Shown: positions 38,589 through 52,293 of the stretch, piece after piece
Position numbering within the stretch: the first letter of the stretch is position 1
Layout: every line of letters starts with the position of its first letter
DNA from: Nemertoderma westbladi
Lineage: Eukaryota; Animalia; Xenacoelomorpha
Direction of reading: 5' to 3'
NCBI GenBank assembly: GCA_032718475.1
Contig: JAUCBJ010008062.1
Coordinates: forward strand, 1-64,000
Length of the DNA: 64,000 bases
Notes under the pieces: generated by a model
Databases searched by the model: none
What the model was told of the DNA's origin: nothing
Seen by the model: the letters and a program-made list of their open reading frames with translations, nothing else
Translations under genes and position numbers: made by a program

Positions 38589-39547
38589 CCGGCCTACCCG
38601 ATACAATACGCAAAGCTTTAGGGGTAATCCTATATGTTATGTTGGACAATACCTTTATACCCAGATACCGGTACATTGTTTGGTGTATTTGTTATTGTTT
38701 TTACATAATGCTGTAATGTATAAATAAAAATACAGCAATACTACTGTAACTGCAGTACCAGACAGCCAGAGTACTGTCAGACTATACCGGTGTTATCTGG
38801 TTATTATTATTATTATCAACACTCCAGCACTCAGACCATGGCACATGGTAAAATAAACATTCATGCGATAAACTGATAAACATAATAAATTATGCATGCC
38901 TGCATGCACTAAATTATAAGTAATTACTGAATTATAAAAGGGGAGAAGACCGCCCAGGCTTTAACTGCACTTATGGGGGCCATACACTAAAAATCCAGAA
39001 TGATGACACTTATTAATATAAAATAAGGTATGAACATGAACAATACCGTAATTAAAGAAAGCAAATACACTATAAATAAAGCAAGGAACATTGATTATAG
39101 GCCTATCTATTTACTAAATATTGAAGCGAATAAAAACTAATGAAACAGTAGTCTGGTTGTGAAGCAGAAACCGTACCGGTACTAAAAACCAATTAATTAC
39201 AGTGACGAATCTGAATTAAAAATAAGTAAAAAATAGTTAAAAAGGATCACGCCAAGTGCCAAGTTTCTATCAAATTTGCAAAAAAATGTCAAATGTCATA
39301 GGCAGTCAGGGAGATCATCAAATTTGAGAATACCGGTAGCCTACCTCAAATTTCAAATTATAGACCCAATTTTGGAATTACCTCAAATTTAATACAAGGT
39401 TTGGTCTGTAGGTTAATTCTCTAAATTTGAGTTTTCGGTCCTACTAATTACCCCAACCTACCACAATCTACCCCAACCTACCACAATCTACCCCAACCTA
39501 CCACAATCCTGCAATCTACCGCAATCTACCCCAACAATTCGATAGAG

Positions 39548-40740
39548 GCATCTAATTACCACAATATTATTTTACAATGGCGTCTAATTACCACAATATA
39601 CAGAACGCAAGTGTCTATTTACCACAAGACTACACTGCATCTAATTACCACAATATTATTTTACAATGGCGTCTAATTACCACAATATACAGATATACAG
39701 AACGCAAGTGTCTATTTACCACAAGACTACACTGCATCTAATTACCACAATATTAATTTACAATGGCGTCTAATTACCACAATATACAAATATACAGAAC
39801 TCAAGTGTCTATTTACCACAAGACTACACTGCATCTAATTACCACAATATTAATTTACAATGGCGTCTAATTACCACAATATACAAATATACAGAACTCA
39901 AGTGTCTATTTACCACAAGACTACACACACTGCATCTAATTACCACAATATTATTTTACATTGGCATCTAATTACCACAATATACAGAACTCAAAGTGTC
40001 TATTTACCACAAGACTACACTGCATCTAATTACCACAATATTATTTTACAATGGCGTCTAATTACCACAATATACAGATATACAGAACTCAAGTGTCTAT
40101 TTACCACAAGACTACACTACAATGCATCTAATTACCACAATATTATTTTACATTGGCATCTAATTACCACAATATACAGAACGCAAGTGTCTATTTACCA
40201 CAAGACTACACTGCATCTAATTACCACAATATTATTTTACAATGGCGTCTAATTACCACAATATACAGATATACAGAACGCAAGTGTCTATTTACCACAA
40301 GACTACACTGCATCTAATTACCACAATATTATTTTACAATGGCGTCTAATTACCACAATATACAGATATACAGAACTCAAGTGTCTATTTACCACAAGAC
40401 TACACTGCATCTAATTACCACAATATTATTTTACAATGGCATCTAATTACCACAATATACAGAATGCAAGTGTCTATTTACCACAAGACTACACTGCATC
40501 TAATTACCACAATATTATTTTACAATGGCGTCTAATTACCACAATATACAGAACTCAAGTGTCTATTTACCACAAGACTACACTGCATCTAATTACCACA
40601 CTATTATTTTACATTGGCATCTAATTACCACAATATACAGAATGAAAGTGTCTATTTACCACAATATACAGTACGGTAGTTATTAATACTCAGTGTCTAA
40701 TTAACACAAGACTTCACTAATGTCTAATTACCACAATATA
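39548..40740 (+). repeat. 89-bp tandem repeat made of three TCTA(A/T)TTACCACAA subunits
   Basis: Directly visible; some units carry an 8-bp ATATACAG duplication. Confidence 0.95.
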
Positions 40741-40858
40741 TATACATACAATATATATATATATATATATACAATATATATATTGTAGCTCCACAGTACG
40801 AGGAGGAGGCTCGTAGAGTTTTTGCTGGCCAGGAGATAAACATAGTATCGGGTCACCC

Positions 40859-41100
40859 GGGTCCTACGAATTACCGCAAAAGACCGCAAAAGACCAAAAA
40901 AGACCGCAAAAGACCACAAAAGACCACAAAAGACCGCAAAAGACCGCAAAAAACCACAAAAAACCGCAAAAAACCACAAAAAACCGCAAAAGACCACAAA
41001 AGAACAGAGAAGGCATGGATATACTGGAAGACGAATTACCGCAAAAGACCGCAAAAGACCACAAAAGACCGCAAAAGACAGCAAAAGACTGCAAAAGAGC
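40859..41100 (+). repeat. GGTCCTACGAATTACC terminus followed by 10-bp AAAAGACC(G/A)C repeats (nested related element end)
   Basis: Same terminal motif as 39436 but different subterminal decamers; a second start at ~41025. Confidence 0.75.
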
Positions 41101-43014
41101 ACCAAGAAGTAAAAATTTAGTATTAGCGAGTGTCAGACGCAGTCAGGCAGTCAGGTCAATGTATAGAAGTTTTGTAGACCTACATTATGAATCAGACTGT
41201 CTGATCTGAAATTATTATACAGTACCGGTACATTGTCATAATGTATTTTTTTTATTTTGATACAGTTCAACAATTATTTCACAACTTATTATTGTTTTAG
41301 GTTTGCTGGATGGAAATGTGGGAAGGTGGATGGGAATGTGAATGTGGGAATCAATAAACGCTATTGTTACCTACCAATTTAAGGAAAGGAGCAGGTTACA
41401 GTGGCAGCATTCTAACCAAAACAATAAACTATGTTGTTAACGGCACCAACCACAGTACAAATTGAGGGAAAGTAGCAGAGGATCGGACAGCCACAGCACA
41501 ATGATCGGTGAACAAAACAAGCCCAAAACAAACAAGCCAATAAAAACAAAGAAGACAATGAGAGAGATGGCAAAAAACAAAATATTGTAGTTAAAAAGTA
41601 CTGTAAAAGTTTGGTATGGTATGGTCAATGGTCATTATGTGATTACGGGTCTGCCTAAACACCCAACTGCATCCAACTTACACCAAACTATACTGTATGG
41701 CACCCAACTTCCAGAAATTATAATATGTACAGTAACAAACTCTGAACTTCTATGAGGAATTGCTGAGATATGAGCTTTTTAAAAGCTCCATGTACTGTAT
41801 TTTGCACCCACTGCTGAGCAATTTATGAAAATACTGTAACAAACTAACGTTTATATTTATTGCAGGTTGGTTCTAGAATAATTGATAAATTTAACAATAA
41901 ATATACAAAGGAGAGATAGAGACTATTGGCGAACATCCAGATACCTACAGATGTCAACATATACCACGCACCGAAACTCCAAACTAGTGAAGCTACAGTA
42001 CAAACTAAACTGGCGCTGTGTTAAAACAGCCTTAACGACGAAATCGCATTGGAAGCTTCTGTTATGGGAATGGCAATGCTATAATTCGTTCAAAATTAAT
42101 AGACATAATATTCAATATTATACAGTATGTTTAATGCAATTATAATTATGTAATTATCCTTTATGTATCATGATACAGTAACGCTTTTAAATAACGTCCT
42201 ATTGGATCCTAATAGGATCCTATTAGGCTCCTAATAGGATCATATTAGGCTCCTAATAGGATCCTATTAGGTTCATAATAGGAATAAAATAACCTTTAGG
42301 AAATCACTTGGAATTTGCCTAATGCAAGTCTACCTAGAGCGGCTAAATATCAAAGCTTAGAAATGCCTGTCAATCAGCCTCCCTGGATAGCTGAAAGTAG
42401 TAAAGAGAGGCGCTTTATCTAGTGGTTGAGTTGTATTTCCCTTCCCCTGACTTATCTTACAACAACAATACTCCCCATAGGCATAGGCTAATGTTAAATA
42501 TGCGAAGAACACCCTGGCTTTAACACAACATCTGGACACATTAACATACATGACACATGATAAATTCATTATTCGAATGTTATACAAATTTAGTACTGTA
42601 CTTTGTATTTTCTTACCTTTAATACTGTATCAGGGAGCCCAGTATAGGGTTAACTTAAGACCCAAGAAGTCCAATATACAGCGACATACAGTATATGTAA
42701 ACTAAGATATGTACAACCCATACAGGGAAACACAAAGTGCTTGAATATTTGAATTTATAGTGCCTGAATTTATGTCTCTATAATTAAAAAAAATTACTTG
42801 TTTTTAGGCCAATGTGAACTTTCCCAGAGTGCCCAGGAAAGTCGAAATAAAATAGGTCAACCTTTGTTTAAAGAGGTGGGTAGGTGGCTCGGTCGGTGGG
42901 ATGGTAGGAAGGTGGATGGGAAGATGGGAATGTAGGAAGGTGGATGGGAATGTAGGAAGATGGGAATGTAGGGAGATCGGAATGTGGGAAGATGGGAATG
43001 ACGTTATTTTTACC

Positions 43015-43262
43015 TACCAATAGAGGGAAAGGAGCAGGTTACAGAGGCGGGCTTTTCTAACCAAAACAATAAACGATATTGTTACCAATTGAGGGATAGG
43101 AGCAGGTTACAGAGGCGGGCTTTTCTAACCAAAACAATAAACGATATTGTTACCAATTGAGGGATAGGAGCAGGTTACAGAGGCGGGCTTTTCTAACCAA
43201 AACAATAAACGATATTGTTACCAATTGAGGGAAAGGAGCAGATTACAGAGGCGGGCTTTTGT
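43015..43262 (-). repeat. 68-bp tandem repeat, inverted copy of the 34038-35262 family
   Basis: GGAGCAGGTTACAGAGGCGGGCTTTTCTAACCAAAACAATAAAC at 43031, 43099 and 43167. Confidence 0.92.
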
Positions 43263-44869
43263 AAACTGACGGAGATTAAATTTTGCTTTATTTTTACTAA
43301 TTGCAATTGTGCGCTAAGTCTCGCCATGACTGCGTGACTCGTCCCACAGAACATCCAGCTCTCCACACAACTATCACCCAACTACTCTCAACTTTGACTC
43401 ACTTTCACCCAACTACGCTCCACTTCCACCCAACTACATTCAACTTTCATCCAACTACACTTAACTTTCACCACTTTCTCGCACCCTATGTCAGAATTTT
43501 TCAAAATAAAAAATTATAAAGCAAATTATAAAGTTGCCAAAAACCATACAAATTCTAATATACATCGCTTTTTTGGATGTGGAGTTGTGTAGGCCATACA
43601 GTACAATATATCTAATGTTTAGTTCAGAGGCATAACAGGTATTTTTCGTTCTGGAACTGAAATTTGGTGATACACGTAATTTTTAAAATTTCGTGACCAT
43701 GGTTTTCTGCGATTGTGGGTCGAGCCACGCAGTAAAGGCGAGCCTTAACGCACAATGATAATTAGTAAATAGGGCAAAATTTCATGTACGTGCGTCCGTC
43801 TTTCTGTCTGTCCATCTGTCTTTAATGAAAAATACATTCGTAAATAACTTTTGAAGATTTTAACCATTTTCAACAAAATTTTGTATGGGCGTACTGGAGA
43901 AAAAGTTCCAATATTTTAGAAAGTTACGGGCAAATACCTCTCGAAATTTTGGAATATTGGCATATCCTACTGTACATATATACTGTATGTACTAGAGACC
44001 ACAGGCCGCGTCTATATGATTACATTGATCAACGTACGCAATTCTCTACCTTAGTGTGATGAATTATTAGTTCCACTAAGATCTGTACTGTATAACGATC
44101 TTATCGATTCTCGTAAAGATCTTGTCCATTCTGGCATTGCCTCTATGTGAATCATAATAAGAATGATAATAATAAGAAAGAATAAGAAGTAATGATAATA
44201 AGAAGTGAATCATAAGTTCTTTGCAGAATTTCTCTTGATCTGTACAGATCTTAACAGATCCCATTTTAGTTTATCAAAAATGTAAAAAGTTATAAAATTC
44301 TTTCTGTTGTTTTGTTATAAATTATTATTAATTAATATAAAGGCCATGATTTTTAAAATAAAGCTGCTTAGTTTTTTTCTTGTATTCTATGATACATAAA
44401 GGATAATTACATTATTATAATTGCATTAAACATACAGTACTGTATAATATAGAAATTATGTCCATTAAATTTGTACTTATTATAAACATTGTCATTCCTT
44501 ACAACAAAAGTTTCCAATGCGATTTCGTCGTTAACAGTGTGACCCTCCTGTATATCAATACCGTTTTCATTTCCACCGCAATCCCACAGCGCCAGTTTAG
44601 TTTGTACATATAGCTTCATTAGGTTGGGATTTTGGTGAGTGGTATATGTACTGTAGACATCTGTAGGTATCTGGATCGTTCGCCAATAGTCTCGGTCTCT
44701 CCTTTGTATATTTATTGTTAAATTCATCAATTATTCTAGAACCAACCTGCAATAAATATAAACGTTAGTTTGTTACAGTATTTTCATAAATTGCTCAGCA
44801 GTGGGTGACAAATACAGTACATGAAGCTTTTAAAAATATAATAAATAAATAAATAATAAATAAATAATA

Positions 44870-45613
44870 ATAATATTGTGGTAATTAGATGCAGTGTAGT
44901 CTTGTGGTAAATAGACACTTGCGTTCTGTATATTGTGGTAATTAGATGCCATTGTAAAATAATATTGTGGTAATTAGATGCAGTGTAGTCTTGTGGTAAA
45001 TAGACACTTGAGTGTATATTGTGGTAATTAGATGCCATTGTAAAATAATATTGTGGTAATTAGATGCAGTGTAGTCTTCTGGTAAATAGACACTTGAGTT
45101 CTGTATATTGTGGTAATTAGACGCCATTGTAAAATAATATTGTGGTAATTAGATGCAGTGTAGTCTTGTGGTAAATAGACACTTGAGTTCTGTATATTGT
45201 GGTAATTAGATGCCAATGTAAAATAATATTGTGGTAATTAGAGATGCAGTGTAGTCTTGTGGTAAATAGACACTTGAGTTCTGTATATTGTGGTAATTAG
45301 ATGCCATTGTAAAATAATATTGTGGTAATTAGATGCAGTGTAGTCTTGTGGTAAATAGACACTTGCGTTCTATATATTGTCTGATTGTGGTAATTAGATG
45401 CCAATGTAAAATAATATTGTGGTAATTAGATGCAGTGTAGTCTTGTGGTAAATAGACACTTGAGTTCTGTATATTGTGGTAATTAGATTCCATTGTAAAA
45501 TAATATTGTGGTAATTAGATGCAGTGTAGTCTTGTGGTAAATAGACACTTGCGTTCTGTATATTGTGGTAATTAGACGCCAATGTAAAATAATATTGTGG
45601 TAATTAGATGCCT
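44870..45613 (-). repeat. 89-bp tandem repeat, right arm of the foldback element
   Basis: Reverse complement of the 39548-40740 array. Confidence 0.95.
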
Positions 45614-46004
45614 CTATCGAATTGTTGGGGTAGATTGCGGTAGATTGTGGTAGGTTGGGGTAGATTGTGGTAGGTTGGGGTTGGTTGGGGTAATTAGTAG
45701 GACCCTTCTCTAAATTTGAGTTTTACCCCAAATTTGAATTTCATAGCAGCATAGTCAGATACAGACAGAAGTCATAGTTGGCCTAGTTCAGTAGTCTGGT
45801 AGTTGTTAGCTTGTTACTGTATTGCAAAGGTAAAAAAATAAACTGATATAAGCCTAGTGTCTGAGTGTTGTGAAATATAATATTTATTTGGGGTACCGGT
45901 ATTTTGATTTGGCAGTTTGGGGTAATTCGTAGGACTGTAGGACCGTCATTAAAACACTGCACAAACAGCCGAACAGCGCTACACGGCAGACACGGTAAAG
46001 GGAG

Positions 46005-46072
46005 CAAGGGATCGAGCCGGGGCCTCCTAATTGGAAGCCCAGGCAGCCAGGAATGTCGCCACTAGACCATGC
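46005..46072 (-). mobile_element. tRNA-derived SINE head
   Basis: Minus strand: A box TGGTCTAGTGG, CTTCCAA loop, B box GGCTCGATCC. Confidence 0.5.
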
Positions 46073-46572
46073 CAGCCAGTCAGCATGCGTCTGCTAGAAA
46101 ATAACAACTAATTGCGGTTAGTTGCGGTAAATTGCGGTTTTTAGTAGGACCGCACATTGCGTCGCACGTGTTAAATTTATTTATTGTTTTGGTTCCCCCC
46201 AACTCGCCTCTACCTGTCTACAACCTAGTCCTACTCCTTTACTAACCTGCCTACAGCCGCAGGTCTATTAACTACAGTACCAGACGAGATAGGCTCCCCG
46301 TCCCCACTATGCGCTACCAGACACCGAGCACCGAGACAGCAAAGATCAAATGTAAAATTTTAATATAGGGGGCCTAAATGCAGCAGTAATGTAACATACA
46401 GTGACAGAGTGATGGGGTGTCGTTATAATGCAGTAATGCAGTGGTGCCCACCTTCTGAGTTCTGACCGCCATTTGGCTGTTTAGCATTTTAGCCATCAAG
46501 CATTTCATACATTCAGACATTAGTTTGGTTTGTGATTTGATTTGTCAGTTTTTATCGTTTATTTAAAATTAA

Positions 46573-47208
46573 ATGCGAGACAGTGAGATGGAAGATATTG
46601 ATAACAGCGGCCTCGAAAGTACCGACGGTTACGGGGGATTGGTCCTGAAATCGGAAGACGATGGGATGGAAGGAGAAGATGGCTACCAGGACGAACCGTT
46701 GCGGGAGCAGGATCGGTTCCTACCGATCGCAAATATAAGTCGGATAATGAAAAACGCCGTTCCCAAAACCGGCAAGATTTCTAAAGACGCCAAGGAATGC
46801 ATGCAAGAGTGCATCTCCGAGTTTATTAGCTTCGTAACGAGCGAAGCGAGCGAACGATGCGCTACCGAGAAGCGTAAAACTATAAACGGGGAGGACCTCC
46901 TATTCGCGATGTCTAACCTTGGGTTCGACAGCTATCTGGAACCGTTGAAACTTTACCTACAGAAGTACCGCGAACTGATGAAGACAATGCCAGGCCCGGG
47001 TGATGTAGGAGGCGCCCCAACGGTTAGCAAACTCCTTCCGGACAGTCAGACTGCGGATACCAGCGGACTACCCTCCCAGGAGGAGCCGTTAACTGTAGCC
47101 CTAGCCTCCGGACAGACGATACAACTCACGGCCTTACAGATGGTCCAACAACCCGCCACAGAAGGGCCGCATACTGAGGCTCAGCCTACCATTGTATATC
47201 AGTACTAG
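46573..47208 (+). CDS. NFYB: Nuclear transcription factor Y subunit B (intronless)
   Basis: Histone-fold [18 protein letters not shown]...[63 protein letters not shown]. Confidence 0.97.
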   Translation: MRDSEMEDIDNSGLESTDGYGGLVLKSEDDGMEGEDGYQDEPLREQDRFLPIANISRIMKNAVPKTGKISKDAKECMQECISEFISFVTSEASERCATEKRKTINGEDLLFAMSNLGFDSYLEPLKLYLQKYRELMKTMPGPGDVGGAPTVSKLLPDSQTADTSGLPSQEEPLTVALASGQTIQLTALQMVQQPATEGPHTEAQPTIVYQY

Positions 47209-47755
47209 CTGCTCTACATTAGAGGTATATTTATATACTTATAAATAATTAGTATTATCATACAAATTATATTAACTGTTGTTGAGCTGAGCAATTCGTT
47301 CAGTGGTACCTTATTGCGTTTTAAGCTGTTAGTACATGAGACGTTACAACTGTATATTTATACCTGTTCCTTGTCCTGTCCGTATCCAAGGCCATGAATC
47401 CCAAGATACACTAGGCAGATTTACGTACCATTGTAACATTTCCAACGCGAAAACAAAAATGTATGAAATCAGAATCTCAAGCCATGGCTTATAGAGACGG
47501 GGGGGGGGGGGGGGGGGGCTTGGCGAATTAATATCCCGCCTCAATGTTAAATTCTCAATTTAGGGAAATGGGCAGGTTACAGTGGCACGTTATTTTAACC
47601 AAAACAATAATCTGAACACTAATGAACAGGTTACAGTTTTTATATTTGAGAGTAATCAGCTGTTATTTGTGTCCAATTTCGCCTAGAGTGGGGTTAATTT
47701 TTATTTTGTCCAGTTTGCCCCCCCCCCCCCCCCCCCCCCAGCCACCCCCCCCTAA

Positions 47756-47968
47756 GGCCCGTTTCCGTGCTGCTTTTTTTAGTTAAAACAATTTCTAGAA
47801 ATCATTGCATCAACCATCAAGATGAATCTGAGAATTTTGGAATGTTAAAACCTAAAATATAGAATAAAGTTCCAAAAAAGGCTTGAAAAAAAGCTCAATA
47901 CAAAGCTTGAAATACACCTAAAAAAAGCTCCGATTACCGCACATGAAAAAGCAGCGCGGAAACGGGCC
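47756..47968. mobile_element. PIF/Harbinger-type MITE
   Basis: TAA|GGCCCGTTTCCGTGCTGCTTTTT ... AAAAAGCAGCGCGGAAACGGGCC|TTA; TWA flanks (not an identical duplication). Confidence 0.75.
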
Positions 47969-49419
47969 TTATCTGGGCTTATATGTTACGCATCGTAACT
48001 CTTATATAATAATTTTGAGATAAATAGTTTATTTCCTTGAAACAACGCAATATGTAATGGTCTATTAAACCGCATGTACTTTAACCTGTTGCTTTAGTTA
48101 TAGATTGCAATATTCGTGTATTTTGTGTTATTATTGTCATTTTGTTTAGTTTGTCATCGTATGTTTTAGGACACAGCGTTACTCTTATATTATTTATTAC
48201 TATGTTTATTACATTACTTCATATTTATTAAAACTACATGAGATGGATCTCATAGTCATAAGATCATTTTTACCAATGAAGTTTCTTCCCAGTTGGTTTT
48301 TACCTAATTTATAATTAAATAATTCAATTTACATCGGCCAATGTATTTTATTATCAGTTAATTTAACCCAAAGTTTAATAGTTGATTAAAATCTACTAAA
48401 TCTCAACTGATTCTTTAAAAGTGTAATCAATTATTAAAATTATTAAATTGCTGATGAAAAACTGCATATGGGTGAGTGTGTTTAGACATAAACTTTAAGT
48501 TGATTAATAACTTATATTATTAAAGTTTAATAGAACAAAGGGAAGAAAGGATTTATTTTCAAATGTGCAATCATAATCATCAATTTTAGTACAGTAGGTT
48601 CAGCAAGAAATAGCCAACAACTTATCCCTCTGTAAAAAGTCAGTCTGACTGCTTATGTATTGGTTCGGTGTGGTAAAGTATGGTATGGCGGGGTACACGG
48701 TATGATATGGTACAATGTAAGTTCAGGACAGCTAATAACTTATTAATTAATTAATTATTTAATTACAGACCAACTGAAAACAAACGTTAATAAATGGCCA
48801 GTCGTCATGGTTATTATATAAACCGCTAATTATTGTATTTACTCTTATGTTGGTAAGCACTGATATCTTGTGTGTCCTTTGGTAGCAAAGCAATAGAGCA
48901 ACAGGGGTCAGAGTAAAACGCGGATCCGGATTCTACATTTAACATTGTCCCTACGGAAGTCGATTTTTTTTACATTTTTTATAACTCCCAAAAATAAAAC
49001 TATAACCTGTTCAATTGACTTTAGTTTATTGTGTTGGTTAAAATAACGTGCCCCCGTAACCTGCTCCTTCCTTAATTTATAATTTTGGAATCCGGATCCG
49101 CGTCTTACACCTACCCGAGCAACAGCGTCAAAGTGGGAGAAATTTCGGTCTAACATTTATATATTTCTTACAGGCAGACAAATAATGTTTAGAAAATGTT
49201 ATTAACAGTTATATCATATCACATACAATCTGTGAGGTAATAATTAATTGAATACTCTACAACAGTAATTTAATTCATTATATAGGAAGCTATTATCCAA
49301 TGGTGGACATACTATTTGTTACTTTGCAGTGGCCTGTTGATGCGCATTAAATGTACCGCTGCCGAATTTACCAACGCACTATGGCATATTATATACGATT
49401 CCTTCAAATAGCTTCCCTT

Positions 49420-49540
49420 AGGGGGCGTTCATAAAGTATGTCACGCACTAGGGGGAGAGGGGGGGGGGGGGGGGGGTCGAGCTTGCGTGACATTTTATGA
49501 CAGAGGGGGGAGGGGGTGTCGACTTTTGTGACGGTCACGG
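49420..49540 (+). mobile_element. One end of a Harbinger/Tourist-like MITE
   Basis: TTA|GGGGGCGTTCATAAAGTATGTCACGC followed by poly-G, resembling common invertebrate MITE termini. The partner end was not found. Confidence 0.4.
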
Positions 49541-49965
49541 CGATGTTCTATGCTTTAATGTTAGCTTGGCTTTGATTTTCACACATGTGTAGAAGAGTGG
49601 GTAACTTTAAGGAAAACAATAAACTCAATAACATTGAGTATAATCGATAAATTGGGGACGACTAAGCCATTGACTCCGACTCTGTAATACCTGTTATTAG
49701 TTTCGTTTAACATTTATTTTATTGAACATCGAGGTTCACCCAATTGGGCAACAAGCATAATGCTTATAAGCACCCTGTTGGGCCGAGGAATACAAATTAA
49801 CAAGGTGCACTGGACCCACCACCACTCTAAAATGGAGTACGTTAACACTAACAGCAATAAGCTAGTCTAAAAAATTTAAACATCAGAAAAAAATTAACAC
49901 TATTATTAAAGAAAACAGAACCAATTGAGCCAAACGAAACCAGCCACAAGCACTACATACACGTT

Positions 49966-50582
49966 CGTGGGGACTTCGCGCAGCACGTAGTCGGCAAGCC
50001 TTGGCATACGGTTCATATAGAGCAAATGGGGCATGTCTAGTTTGGACCCAATATCCCATGCTATAAATGTATTCATTCGATATACAATCATATGTTAATC
50101 CGCTAGGTGGTGTCAAATTGTTATTCTGCAATTTCGTACTTACCAGTGCAACACTGTACAGCAGTACCGTACCGGTAGGCCTATGTCATTACTTCTGAGT
50201 CTCTAGCGGATCCCCAATTAAATGTCTTAACTTTTCAATTTCGTAAAAGATAGACTTCATGATTCTCTACAGGCCACCAAAATTTCAGCTCAGGAAAATG
50301 AGGCCTTCCCGAGAAATTTAACATTTTCTAAAAACCACATAATCTGTCGTAGCTGACGTCAGACTGCATGATTTTTCACCAAACTTTACAAACTTTCTAA
50401 ACTTTCTCTCTACTACTTACCTACTAAGTTTGGTTCAATTCCGAACGAGCGATGCCGAGAAATTCGCGTTCAAACATTTACCAGACGGACGGACGGACAG
50501 ACAGACAGACAGACGGACATGCCCCATTTGCCCTATATGAACCGTATGCAAAGGCTCGCCGACTACGTGTCTCGCCCCACAT
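49966..50582. mobile_element. ~615-bp element with ~65-bp inverted ends and internal (GACG/GACA)n (DINE/Helentron-like)
   Basis: GACATGCCCCATTTGC.CTATATGAACCGTATGC.AAGGCT.GCCGACTACGTG at 50516-50569 and inverted at 49984-50037. Confidence 0.65.
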
Positions 50583-50849
50583 ACACCACACATACTCACA
50601 TACATACAGATACACACACACATACACCCCTTTCATACTTGTTAGTGCTATTGAAATTTACCAAGATTATAATATTTTTATTAAGAATATTAACCCATAC
50701 TGTACTAAAAACTAGAATGCTTAGTATCCCAGAGAGTTGAATCGTTTCGTGTCAGTTAATACTGAGAGACTGCTGTAAAGATTTTATGCGAAATATCAGA
50801 TTTAATTTTGTTTTTGGGTCCATATAATAACAATGTCAATGTAGGATTC

Positions 50850-51810
50850 TCTCGAAGAGATGAGATAGTGTTGTAAAGAACATTTTGTTGAACGGAGTAA
50901 TTAATACATTCTGTAAAAAATGATGGAATGCGTCTTCCCTAGCATGACCACAAGAATATTTAGGTGACGATTTAACGTGGTTTAAGTACAAGTCATTATT
51001 GGGGGAGGAACAGTTACATCTGAATCGTGCACGAGTACCGTTCCTTGTGGGTGTTCCTAACTTATAGTAATAGGGGAGGGACTATTGGTATTGTAGTGAT
51101 TGCTATGGACTCCATTGCCAGACGTTTAAAAACTTCTATAGAAGTGGCTGGCGCGTTTCCTCTGAAAGGATGTTCCATAAACAGACGTCATATGGTAGAA
51201 AGGAATCACGATAAAAAGTAGTCCTAGCTAGAGGCGGCCGCAAGTCGTTTGTATTGCGTGTATTGTATGCACTAGCTGCCCCTACACTCTCTGGTATGTA
51301 GTATATCAGTTAAGTGAATTGGCGCTCTCCCTGAAAACATCTTATGCATTATACATAATTTATGGAGGTTCTCCTGTCTTGAAGAGTGGGTAAGCCTCTT
51401 TATATAAATTTACAGAGGAGCAGGATATAGTTAGCCTACAGATTATACGTATAGCCTCTTTGTTTAGCAGTTCTACAGAATCCTTAAGTTCATCAGAACA
51501 GTTATCCCACACTGGTGAAGCGTATTCGAGAGTTGATCTTATGAACGATATGTAAATATTATGCAGAGCTGACCTACTGACTTTGTATTTGACTGTGCGA
51601 AGTAGGTTTAGTTTACGTGTAGCGGCGGCGACTATTTATTTAATATGAAGATTCCACTTAAGATCATTTGCAATTAAGCAACCAAGATGTTTATGTTGAT
51701 GAACAGAAGCGATATGGTCGTTATTAAGAGTTAATGGAAAATGGTCGGGATGAAGAGATCGCCGACTTATTATTTAGATGCATTAAAGTTAACCAACCAT
51801 TTCGCGAATA
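50850..51810 (-). mobile_element. Degenerate CR1-like LINE 3' fragment
   Basis: Minus-strand translation WLVNFNASK...HKHLGCLIANDLKWNLHI*...IYISFIRSTLEYASPVWDNCS, with stops and frameshifts. Confidence 0.85.
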
Positions 51811-52110
51811 TTTTGGTATATGTTTGATTAAAATTGAATGAAAAATAAAAAAAGTAGTAGGGAATTTAGTGATGAAAAAAGTCAAAATCGACAAACTGAG
51901 AGTTTTATTATTTAAAGGTTGTTTTATAGAGAGTCATGAATATCAGCCATAAATATACTTTTGTTTTTGTTGAAAAATTCAGTTTTGTGGTCAAAAAATT
52001 ATTCAACGGTGAAAATCTGCATTTGGCTGTCAAGTTTCCCTTGTCTATCCGTCGACTGGTCTCATAGGCTTCCCGGACGCCCGACTGCACGGACGTCCAT
52101 AAGTCAGGTC

Positions 52111-52293
52111 AATAGGAAATATAGGCTATCTTTTTGGAGTTATTTCTGCCCTGGTGATTAAATGAGAAAACAACAAGTTCTTTACTATCAATTAATTTCT
52201 GCTCTTTCTAATTAATATCAAATAATTAAATTATTTGTTGTTTTCTCATTTAATCACCAGGGCAGAAATAACTCCAAAACCTATATTTCCTAT
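52111..52293. repeat. Near-perfect hairpin / MITE-like inverted repeat
   Basis: TTTTGGAGTTATTTCTGCCCTGGTGATTAAATGAGAAAACAACAA and its exact reverse complement, plus outer ATAGGAAATATAGG arms. Confidence 0.85.

Larger units (their letters stand above)
39436..45705. mobile_element. 6.3-kb foldback element with modular kb-scale inverted arms and 19-bp flanking direct repeat
   Basis: Ends are (C/G)GGTCCTACTAATTACCCCAACC. 89-bp arrays at 39548-40740 and inverted at 44870-45613; inner arms 41780-42175 / 44385-44835 also inverted. TTCTCTAAATTTGAGTTTT at 39417-39435 and 45706-45724. Confidence 0.85.

Noticed and set aside
39548-45613. CRISPR-like look of TCTAATTACCACAA repeats separated by short spacers
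   Set aside because: The spacers are not unique but cycle with an 89-bp period; there are no cas genes and the context is eukaryotic.
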